Below are positions 56,597 to 64,000 of a DNA stretch of 64,000 nt, in pieces. Within the stretch, counting starts at the first letter, position 1. Each line of letters starts with the position of its first letter. The translations under genes were made by a program, and so were the position numbers. The DNA lies in IMG/VR virus record IMGVR_UViG_3300045955_000385. One strand, 5' to 3'. The DNA is from an uncultured virus (IMG/VR IMGVR_UViG_3300045955_000385) (lineage: Duplodnaviria; Heunggongvirae; Uroviricota; Caudoviricetes). The notes under the pieces were generated by a model. That model saw only the letters and a program-made list of their open reading frames with translations. It ran no database searches and was not told where the DNA came from.

Positions 56597-57016
56597 CTAG
56601 ACTGGCGAAGGCGCCGGTTGCCCTGACGCCGCAATCGCCAACTTCAGCGTATTATTGCTCGCCCCGACGCCGATCAGCGTGACAAACGACCCCAGGGCCA
56701 GTTCGGTTGCGGGCACAATGGCACCAGCAGTTTCCCCCAGGGCGTATTGCTCGCCCACCACGGTCGTCCCGCCAATACTGATGACTCCCCCGGTTTGCAC
56801 GCGCAAGGGTTGCCCATCGGCGGCCCCGTGGAGGGCAATGCCTTTGACGTTGGCCGCCCCGGCGCCGCCGTCGGCATCGGCGCCACGCAACTTGTGATCG
56901 TTCGGATCTTCATAGACCGCCATGCCAGCGGTCACCTGCGCCCCAGCATAGCCCTGAAAAAAATCCGCACTCGCGCCAGCCACGACATTGGCTGGCGTAA
57001 TCGTGATGGCTGGCAT
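56597..57016 (-). CDS. Putative capsid decoration protein, copy 2
   Basis: TITPANV...AGAQVTAGMAVY...GADA...GIALH. Confidence 0.6.
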   Translation of the reverse strand: MPAITITPANVVAGASADFFQGYAGAQVTAGMAVYEDPNDHKLRGADADGGAGAANVKGIALHGAADGQPLRVQTGGVISIGGTTVVGEQYALGETAGAIVPATELALGSFVTLIGVGASNNTLKLAIAASGQPAPSPV

Positions 57017-57018
57017 CT

Positions 57019-57609
57019 CTAGTACATCTCCAGGTTGCGGTATGGGCCAATGAGGCGACATACCGTGAGGTTTTCGGTTAACCGCTGCTCGGCCTGCGCT
57101 TCCGTGTGTTCATACATATCGGCCGCACACAGTAAGATGGCCTGCCTGAGTGGCGCCGGCACATCCGTGGCCAGATCCCCGTACCCAGCCTGGTAGGTCA
57201 CCGTCACTGGCGTCAGACCATCCCCGAGTGGCGGCATGCTGGTGAGCTTGATGCGCCCCGGTTGCGAGGCCGTGTCCACCTGATACGTCGCCGGATCGAG
57301 GACCTGCACCACGCCACTGCTATCGATGTAGGCAATGCCCAGGTCCGGCTCGCCCACCGTGGGGACCATGTTGACCAGTGGCGGTCTGGGCACCGCAATG
57401 ACCGTCTGCCAGGTATCGAGTGACAGCGACCAGGTCGCCATAACAAACTGGCGCCAGAGCGTCTCTTCGAGCATCTGCCTGGCCGCCGTAATGAGCACGG
57501 CCAGCATCGTGTCCTGCACGTCCGTATCGAGACGCAGGTGCATCTTCAGTTCGTCGACGCTCACCGGCTCCGTGGCCGGCGGGGTCACCTGCACCAGCGA
57601 GAGCGGCAT
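57019..57609 (-). CDS. Head-tail connector (gp6-like)
   Basis: PPATEPVSVDELKMHLRLD...LITAARQ...YQAGYG...VPAPLRQAILL. Confidence 0.88.
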   Translation of the reverse strand: MPLSLVQVTPPATEPVSVDELKMHLRLDTDVQDTMLAVLITAARQMLEETLWRQFVMATWSLSLDTWQTVIAVPRPPLVNMVPTVGEPDLGIAYIDSSGVVQVLDPATYQVDTASQPGRIKLTSMPPLGDGLTPVTVTYQAGYGDLATDVPAPLRQAILLCAADMYEHTEAQAEQRLTENLTVCRLIGPYRNLEMY

Positions 57610-57613
57610 AGGA

Positions 57614-58102
57614 TCAATCGACCTTGGCGTCCGGCATCAGGGTGCCCTGATACCTCGCGCCGCTCAGCACATAGAACACGCACAGCAAATCGGCGTTGGT
57701 GCCAGGCGAGGCGACGCTCACCGAGAGACAATCAAAGCCGCCATCCACATCCAGATCATCCCCGTCAATTTCGATGAGGGTGACGGTATTAGGCACGGCG
57801 CCCAGATTGAACGTGTTACTCACCACTGCCAGTTTGGTAAACTGGCTGCCCGTCCCAAGCCCGACCTTGCTCCAGCGGGCATCAAAGGCCAGGGCTTTGG
57901 CATCCGCGCCGCTCACATCCGTGGCCTGTTGCAGGGTCACGGCCGGCGTGCCCCCGGCCCAGGCCCCTTGAATAATCACGATGGTGGCATGCGAGTAGTC
58001 CTTGAGAGACATCCAGTCGCCCACCTGGGCCACCCCGGTAATATCTTTGGGCGCTACGGCGGTCTCAAATCCCAAGAGTTCCACGACATTGGGCAGGGTC
58101 AT
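57614..58102 (-). CDS. Hypothetical head-associated protein
   Basis: Follows the capsid gene; WMSLKDY, VTLQQATD..G..AKAL, DVDGGFDC. Confidence 0.55.
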   Translation of the reverse strand: MTLPNVVELLGFETAVAPKDITGVAQVGDWMSLKDYSHATIVIIQGAWAGGTPAVTLQQATDVSGADAKALAFDARWSKVGLGTGSQFTKLAVVSNTFNLGAVPNTVTLIEIDGDDLDVDGGFDCLSVSVASPGTNADLLCVFYVLSGARYQGTLMPDAKVD

Positions 58103-58112
58103 ACCGGTCCTC

Positions 58113-59528
58113 CTAACGTGCCGCCAGGGTCACGAATGGGCTGAGAGTGAGCGTGCTATAGGCCGGCGTCAGCGGTTGCTGGAGCCACGGTTGCCCGTCC
58201 ACACTGAACAGGAAGCGGAATGCCACCTCGTCGTAATCAAAGCGCAAGTGGATGGACATGGCTTCGTTAATCCCGCCCCGAATCCCTACGGCGTAGTAGC
58301 CGAGATTGGCAAAGATCACATCGCCCTTGTCCCCCAGCGTTTTACAGTATTCGATAGGTTGCACCGGGCGGCCTTTGAGACGATTCTGGGGCGGCTCTGC
58401 CACATTGGGAAAGCCGGTGGGTGAGGCGAGATAGACCGGCAGACCGCCGGTGCCCACTACGGCATTGAGGGTTTCGAGCGCGGGCTCGACGTCCTGATTG
58501 ATAAACCAGCGGGCCCCGGCGCGGGCTCGGGCGTGCATGCGGCTGTACATATGATTGACGTTTTCCAGCAGAAAGGTGTCCGGGTCCTGACTGGCTTCCG
58601 CAGCCACTTCGAGCGTGCACGCACTGCCCAGCACTCCCAGCGGTTGCCCCACGCCCGTGCCTGAAATAATGGCATCGTTCACCAGCCACATGATTTCCTC
58701 GCCAGCAGCACGTCTGATGTACGTATCCAGGGCAGTCGCGTTACTCATAAGCTCGTCGGTCGCATACACCAGGACCCCCAGCTTGTGCGGCTCCAGCTTC
58801 ATCTGCCGGAACGTCGGCATGCTGGACGTCATCTGCGCTGCTTCGGCCAGCCAGTAGGCCCGTATCCCGCCGTAGCGGCTGCCCGTGGCGCGGCTGGTTT
58901 CGGCATTGGCCGGGAAGGTCAGGGAGGACCCGGTCACCGGGTACACGTCGCAGTACTGCATGAGGTTATCGGGCATGGCGTTGAGACCATCCCAGATTTG
59001 CGTGGAGAACTCGGGTGGAATGAGATACCCGCCCTGGGAGCCAATACCCTGATTCATGCCACTGGCGGCCGCCTGAATTTTCAGCAGCCGGTGATCCGGC
59101 ACGCCCATTGAGGGGTTGTAGGCCTCCATCACGCGCAGGGCAAATTCCCCCATGTGCGCAAAGCCGCGGCGCGGATCGGCCATAGTCATGTCAAAGACCT
59201 GGACCGAGCTACGCACTTGCGAGCGGCTGACGATCTGTGCCGCGTTGGGACGGTTTTGGATACGCATGCGCCCCTCTTGGAGGGCGATCGCTCTGGCGTT
59301 GCGCTGATCGAGTTCTTCAATACGGTCCGCTTCCTCCTCGCAGCGCTTGTGTTCTTCCCAGTAGGCATCCCACTCGGCCTGTTCGTCGATGGTCAAATTC
59401 CGCTTGCCGTCTTTTTCGGCGATCTCCTCCAGGGCCTGCGCCTTATCGAGCGCTTCCTGGCTCATGCGGCGCAAGTCATTGAGGGATTGCACAATTTGCC
59501 CTGGGCTGGGCACGGTTGCTACCGGCAT
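58113..59528 (-). CDS. Major capsid protein, HK97 family, with an N-terminal coiled-coil (delta-like) domain
   Basis: SQGGYLIPPEFS, AYWLAEA, HKLGVLVYATDELM, GTGVGQPLGVL, LKGRPV, RFDYDEVAFRF. Confidence 0.92.
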   Translation of the reverse strand: MPVATVPSPGQIVQSLNDLRRMSQEALDKAQALEEIAEKDGKRNLTIDEQAEWDAYWEEHKRCEEEADRIEELDQRNARAIALQEGRMRIQNRPNAAQIVSRSQVRSSVQVFDMTMADPRRGFAHMGEFALRVMEAYNPSMGVPDHRLLKIQAAASGMNQGIGSQGGYLIPPEFSTQIWDGLNAMPDNLMQYCDVYPVTGSSLTFPANAETSRATGSRYGGIRAYWLAEAAQMTSSMPTFRQMKLEPHKLGVLVYATDELMSNATALDTYIRRAAGEEIMWLVNDAIISGTGVGQPLGVLGSACTLEVAAEASQDPDTFLLENVNHMYSRMHARARAGARWFINQDVEPALETLNAVVGTGGLPVYLASPTGFPNVAEPPQNRLKGRPVQPIEYCKTLGDKGDVIFANLGYYAVGIRGGINEAMSIHLRFDYDEVAFRFLFSVDGQPWLQQPLTPAYSTLTLSPFVTLAAR

Positions 59529-60451
59529 TGTTTGCTCCTTCTTGCTCCAAGGTGCTGCGCCCGTTTCAGGGCAAGATGTGGCACACTCGCCCCCCACCTG
59601 CGTGCCGGTGGCTCCGGTGCTGGTGGCAGGACCTCTCCCCGTTTTGCCTCCTCCATGGCGTCATCAAAACTCTCCACCGCATCGATCAACCCGTAGCTCT
59701 GGGCCACGGACGCAATGTGCACCCGCCCGTCACTGATGCGATCGACGTCGGCGGCCGTCATGCCCCGCCCGCGCTGCACGGCACTCAGGAAGTGACTATT
59801 TAAACTCTCGACGCGGCCCCGAAAGTACGCCAGGGCTTCAGCGCTGAGTGGTGCCCCCTCCACACCCGCCCCTTTGTAGGGCCCCGTCGAGAGCACATGC
59901 ACCTCGATGCCTAAGCGGTCCATGCGCTTGCTCGTGTCCTCCAGCACGGCTACCGTGCCGATAGAGCCCACCTCAGCCGTCTCATTCGCACTGATACGCT
60001 GCGTTTGTGAGGCCACCCAATAGGCCGCACTCGCCCCTAAGTCCTCAATGTGCGCATACGTCGGCTTGACCAGGCCGACCCGCGCCACATCGGCGGCGAG
60101 CTCATGCGTGCCGTCCACATGACCGCCAGGTGAGTAGACGTGCAGCATGACGCGCTCCACCGCCTCATCCCGAGCCGCCTGGCGCAGCATCTGGCGTATC
60201 TGCACGGTACTGGCTTCCTGAAATTTCCAACTCCCCGCTTTCGACATCGGACCGTGCAGAGGGATCACCGCCGTACCGTCGACCACGTCGTAGGGGCGCA
60301 GTTCCCGCCCACGGGGGTTGTCGGCGGCGTCCATCTGCGCGGCATAGAGCCCGGCCTTATAGAGCGCTACTGCCTGCATGAACCAGAGCGGCTCGATACA
60401 CCATAGACCTAAATGGTTTGACCAACACTGCGTGGTCTCAGTCAAGTCCAT
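59519..60451 (-). CDS. Prohead protease, S49/SppA family
   Basis: VYSPGGHVDG, GASAAYWVASQ, VGSIGTV, GLIDAV. Confidence 0.9.
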   Translation of the reverse strand: MDLTETTQCWSNHLGLWCIEPLWFMQAVALYKAGLYAAQMDAADNPRGRELRPYDVVDGTAVIPLHGPMSKAGSWKFQEASTVQIRQMLRQAARDEAVERVMLHVYSPGGHVDGTHELAADVARVGLVKPTYAHIEDLGASAAYWVASQTQRISANETAEVGSIGTVAVLEDTSKRMDRLGIEVHVLSTGPYKGAGVEGAPLSAEALAYFRGRVESLNSHFLSAVQRGRGMTAADVDRISDGRVHIASVAQSYGLIDAVESFDDAMEEAKRGEVLPPAPEPPARRWGASVPHLALKRAQHLGARRSKQCR

Positions 60452-61766
60452 GGTGCGCTCCATTGCTCCCGTTACGGCCTGGCGGTGTCGGTCCCATAGG
60501 CACCATGGCGGGTTGTGGCTGCTCGGCCTGTTCGACGACTTGCTTGAGTGGCATCAAGTTGTTACTCGCGACGAAGTATTCGTCGCCTTCCTCGCCAATC
60601 GGCGACATATTCTCCAATTCCCGAATATCGTTCGGACTGAAGACCCCTATGCCAAACAACGAGGTATAAAACTGACTCCTTGCCGCCTGATCGCCCCGCA
60701 TAAGCCCCTGGATAGCGTGCTCACAGAAATACCGGCTGCCGATACCAAATAACTTGCGGTGCAGGTGCTCTTCCCAGCGCTTGCACCACGGCATCAGCGT
60801 ATCCACGACGTACTCAATGGCCTGTTGCTCAATGTTGGTGTACGTCGCGTTTTCCAGTTCGTTCACTTTGTGCAGTGGGATACGAAAGATGCGCGCAATC
60901 TCATGGACCTGAAAGAGCCGTGTCTCCAGAAATTGCGCATCATTGGGCGGGATGGCCATGCGGCTATACTTCATACCCTCTTCCAATATGCCGACCTTGC
61001 CCGTATTCTGGGGTCCCCCGTACACCGCTTGAAACGATTCCCGCAGATGCGTTGCCGCCTGATCGGAGAGCTTGCCAGGATGTTCGAGGACACCAGACAT
61101 AGAGGCGCCATTGCCAAAAAAGGCGGCACCAAACGTCTGCGCGGCCAGCGTCAACCCGAGCGACTCCGCCATGAGTTGCGCCACGGAGTAGCCCACAATG
61201 CCCTCGGCGCCGAGCCCGCGGATGTGGATCATGTCGTCTGCGCGCACGCGGTAGACCTGCTCCAGGTGCGCGCCAGGCAGGAGCTCGCCGCCGTAGACGT
61301 CATAGACCAGCAGCCCATCGTCATCCCGGCGCACCACCACACGGCTGGGATGGATCGGGTGGAGGGAGATCGGCTGCATGCGGCTATCGCGGTCAATCAG
61401 CGCATACCCGTTGCCCCAGGCCAGGGCGTAGTGGGTGAGCGTTTCACGAAACGTCATCGCTTCCATGTCATCGTTGGGGGCATCGTGCAGGAGGGTATAG
61501 AGGGGATGGTCTGGGGCACGTTCCTTGCCCCGCGGTTCCAGACGGCGATAGGTGATGAGCGGCAGCTTGCCAATATCTTCCGAGATGGCCCGGATACAGG
61601 CATAGTACGTAGGCAGGGTCATGGCGGACGCGGGGGTGACCGACACGCCGGCCAATGTCGGTCGCCCCAGCGCCCAATCGCGCAACCAGGCGGTTGGGTG
61701 CAGCAAGTCGGAGAGGGCGTCGGCTTTAGGGGTGAACCAGCCACGGATACGGTCCGTGAGCCACAT
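60438..61766 (-). CDS. Portal protein, HK97 family
   Basis: YACIRAISEDIGKLPL, GNGYA, MIHIRG...GYS, FFGNGA, LEEGMKY, DAQFLETR, IARIFRIP. Confidence 0.93.
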   Translation of the reverse strand: MWLTDRIRGWFTPKADALSDLLHPTAWLRDWALGRPTLAGVSVTPASAMTLPTYYACIRAISEDIGKLPLITYRRLEPRGKERAPDHPLYTLLHDAPNDDMEAMTFRETLTHYALAWGNGYALIDRDSRMQPISLHPIHPSRVVVRRDDDGLLVYDVYGGELLPGAHLEQVYRVRADDMIHIRGLGAEGIVGYSVAQLMAESLGLTLAAQTFGAAFFGNGASMSGVLEHPGKLSDQAATHLRESFQAVYGGPQNTGKVGILEEGMKYSRMAIPPNDAQFLETRLFQVHEIARIFRIPLHKVNELENATYTNIEQQAIEYVVDTLMPWCKRWEEHLHRKLFGIGSRYFCEHAIQGLMRGDQAARSQFYTSLFGIGVFSPNDIRELENMSPIGEEGDEYFVASNNLMPLKQVVEQAEQPQPAMVPMGPTPPGRNGSNGAHHGLD

Positions 61767-61784
61767 AGTCCCGACTCCAGGCAT

Positions 61785-61830
61785 AAAAAAAGGGCAACGA
61801 CCGGCTGAGGAGCGGTAAGGTCGTTGCCCT
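61785..61830 (-). terminator. Intrinsic terminator just upstream of the portal gene
   Basis: 12-bp inverted repeat 61791-61802/61819-61830 followed by a T-run on the minus strand. Confidence 0.7.
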
Positions 61831-61881
61831 GTGAGGCGTAACGTGTATGTTTGGGGGAAGGATACTACGATAATTCAGCAA

Positions 61882-62238
61882 TTACAATTCGTGTGTATAC
61901 GTCTCGTCTTCCTGGGTGGACAAGGGCGAGTATCCAGTTTTACTCCCATTTGCTTTATCGCACAACTGATCATCCACGCCATAACAGATGAGATAATAGG
62001 AATTTTTGGGAGAGTCAGGCCGATACCCTTCGAAATACTCCGGATGATTCATGGTCCAGACAATCTCTCTGGCGTTTTCCAAACCGATGTCGATCTCCAC
62101 GATATAGCGCATAGCCTGCTCAATAGTACTAAAAATCCCGCAAGGGAAATATGGTGTCTCAGTAACATCAGTTTCTTGAGCCAAAACGCTCAGCGGACCA
62201 CACGTCAACAACCACAATCGCTGCTCTCCATTGCTCAT
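61882..62238 (-). CDS. Hypothetical low-GC protein
   Basis: 118-aa ORF between TerL and portal. Confidence 0.45.
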   Translation of the reverse strand: MSNGEQRLWLLTCGPLSVLAQETDVTETPYFPCGIFSTIEQAMRYIVEIDIGLENAREIVWTMNHPEYFEGYRPDSPKNSYYLICYGVDDQLCDKANGSKTGYSPLSTQEDETYTHEL

Positions 62239-62448
62239 CTAGTCGACCTTTGGTGGGCACAGCGTAATACGCGGTCTGACCGATTCCCGTGTGCCATGGC
62301 GGGCAAAGTGGAACTCCAGGCTGCCCTGATCGCAGGCGTTAATCAACTCGGCATCCCTCAAAATGAGGCTGATCATGCTCTGCACGCGGGGTGCCAGCGC
62401 GGTCATATCCACGCAGTGGACCTGGGTGGTGAGTTTGATGACTTTCAT
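62239..62448 (-). CDS. Small hypothetical protein coupled to TerL
   Basis: ATGA overlap with the TerL stop. Confidence 0.45.
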   Translation of the reverse strand: MKVIKLTTQVHCVDMTALAPRVQSMISLILRDAELINACDQGSLEFHFARHGTRESVRPRITLCPPKVD

Positions 62449-64000
62449 AGCACTGTGATAATCCCACGACTATCGTAGACAGAACCATCCTCCGGCCGCA
62501 CCATCGCACGCCCCAGGGCCATCACGAGGGCAACAACGAGGTCAATCTTCTTCTTACTGAGTGCTTTGCTGGGCTTCAGGTTATCCGCAGGGTCCTTTTG
62601 CACCGCCACATTGCCTACACACCACGTCAGGACGGGATGATTGCCATGGCGTATCTCATGACTTAAGATGAGCCGTTCTAGCTCTTTCGATGGGGCATTC
62701 ATGCTGGCAAACCCCTGGCGATATTGGACAATCTCGTACCCCTCAGCCATGAGTTGCGTCTGCATCTGGGTACTATTCCATGGATCAATGCCAATTTCGC
62801 GTATATCAAAGCGCTGCGAGAGTTCCCGGATGTCATGCTTGATACAGTCGTAATCTGTGACGTTCCCCTCCGTCACCCGTAAATAGCCTTGTCGCTCCCA
62901 CATGGCATAGAGCGGGTCCCCCTTCACCTCCAGCATCGTCACGGTATCACGCGGTACCCAGGCATAGGGCAACACGGCATTGCCACAGGTAGGGAAGTAC
63001 AGAACCAACCCGCAGAGATCTGAGGTCGTAGCCAGATCCAACCCGGCCCAGCATGGCTGCCCGTGCAGATCCGCCTCGGTGAGCCGCTCCCCACACGCCA
63101 GCCAGTGATCCATCGACAGCCAGCGCTCCACCTGGGCTGTCCAGATGTTCAGCCGGTAGCGCTTAAACGCGTTTTCCAGCCGCGGCGACTGCACCGCGCG
63201 CTGAAAATCTTCCCGGAAACTCTCCAGACTTATCACCGATCCGAGTGCTGGATTCGCCTCATGCCAGACCGCCTCATCCTTCCAGCACGCTTCCTTTGCG
63301 GCGTCCTCCTCGACTCGGCGCATGGCCCACTCAGCGGTGCGCACATAGGCAAAAAACCCGTCATCCTGGACGCTCCCCTCCATCACCTGCATGGCCTTGG
63401 TGTGATACTCGTAACAGAGGCTCTCCGGGTCGACGCCAGCGGTGGTGATGATCACCTGCAGGGGCTGCCGCCTGGCCGCGCCACCATACATCAGGGCATT
63501 CCAGAATTTATCGTTCGGCTGGGCATGCATCTCGTCCATAATGAGCATCGAGATGTTCATGCCTTCGTTGGTACCCGCCTCAGCCGAAAGTGCCTTGTAG
63601 AGGCTCCTGGAGGCCACATCCGTCATATGCTTCTGGGATTCGAGGAGTGTGAGGCGTTTGTAGAGACCAGGGGACGCTTTCACCATGTTCACCGCTTCCC
63701 GGTAGACAATGGCGGCCTGGTCCCTCGACGCTGCGGCTGAGTAGACCTCAGCGCCCTCTTCACCGTCACCTAACAGACCATACAGGGCCAGGCCGCTACA
63801 CAGGCTACTTTTACCGTTCTTTTTGGGCACTTCGATATACGCTGTGCGGTAGCGCCGTGTCCCATCCGCCCGCATCCAGCCAAACAGGGGCTTGATAATC
63901 TCATCACGCTGAAACGGCAGGAGCTTGAACGGCTGCCCGGCCCATTCGCCCTTGGAATGGCGCAGGAAGGTCTCGAAAAACGTCACCACACGCCCGGCCG
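62445..64000 (-). CDS. terL: Terminase large subunit (Terminase_1/HK97-like), 5' end truncated by the window
   Basis: RRYRTAYIEVPKKNGKS, YSAAASRDQA, IMDEMH, IITTAG, GLDLATTSDL, KIDLVVALVMA. Confidence 0.93.
   Translation of the reverse strand, partial: AGRVVTFFETFLRHSKGEWAGQPFKLLPFQRDEIIKPLFGWMRADGTRRYRTAYIEVPKKNGKSSLCSGLALYGLLGDGEEGAEVYSAAASRDQAAIVYREAVNMVKASPGLYKRLTLLESQKHMTDVASRSLYKALSAEAGTNEGMNISMLIMDEMHAQPNDKFWNALMYGGAARRQPLQVIITTAGVDPESLCYEYHTKAMQVMEGSVQDDGFFAYVRTAEWAMRRVEEDAAKEACWKDEAVWHEANPALGSVISLESFREDFQRAVQSPRLENAFKRYRLNIWTAQVERWLSMDHWLACGERLTEADLHGQPCWAGLDLATTSDLCGLVLYFPTCGNAVLPYAWVPRDTVTMLEVKGDPLYAMWERQGYLRVTEGNVTDYDCIKHDIRELSQRFDIREIGIDPWNSTQMQTQLMAEGYEIVQYRQGFASMNAPSKELERLILSHEIRHGNHPVLTWCVGNVAVQKDPADNLKPSKALSKKKIDLVVALVMALGRAMVRPEDGSVYDSRGIITVL

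Noticed and set aside
2263..63740. Long antisense ORFs such as 2263-3450, 3472-4794, 16369-17652, 41018-42229 and 60759-61808
   Set aside because: These are shadow frames of real minus-strand genes in GC-rich DNA and show no recognisable motifs.
1..64000. Host assignment and stop-codon recoding
   Set aside because: No host genes are present, so the host cannot be named without a search. Genes end normally in TAA, TAG and TGA, so there is no sign of recoding.

Overview
The whole window is bacteriophage or prophage DNA from a GC-rich host. I see no host housekeeping genes, rRNA, tRNA, CRISPR, reverse transcriptase or integrase. It has three blocks. (1) 1-20.8 kb, minus strand: a P22-like short-tailed virion module (TerS, TerL, portal, scaffold, coat, gp4/gp10-like adaptors, three ejection-type proteins, start of a tailspike). 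HNH-endonuclease and small-membrane-protein cassettes interrupt it. (2) 21-38.6 kb: an immunity/early region with three XRE HTH regulators, a ParB-like protein, a Prim-Pol/DUF3987 replicase, SWIM-finger proteins, a putative annealase, VRR-NUC, many small Cys-rich ORFs and a secreted beta-helix protein. (3) 38.6-64 kb, minus strand: a second, unrelated HK97/lambda-like long-tailed virion module with a GTA-type tail tip. The strongest unexplained signal is a structured 5' leader present five times (280-361, 1036-1126, 10903-10984, 14212-14298, 52171-52247). Its sequence differs between copies but the fold is conserved. It starts 6-7 nt after a -10 box and forms a three-way junction. One loop of the junction is complementary to the loop of a downstream hairpin that overlaps the ribosome-binding site, and each copy uses a different loop pair. 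It heads every antisense cargo cassette in both virion modules. Other notable items are an RF2-type TAT-CTT-TGA-C +1 frameshift site in an FN3-like gene, mirrored iteron arrays inside the replicase, and a probable ATC start for the tape measure gene. All calls come from reading motifs by eye; no database search was run.
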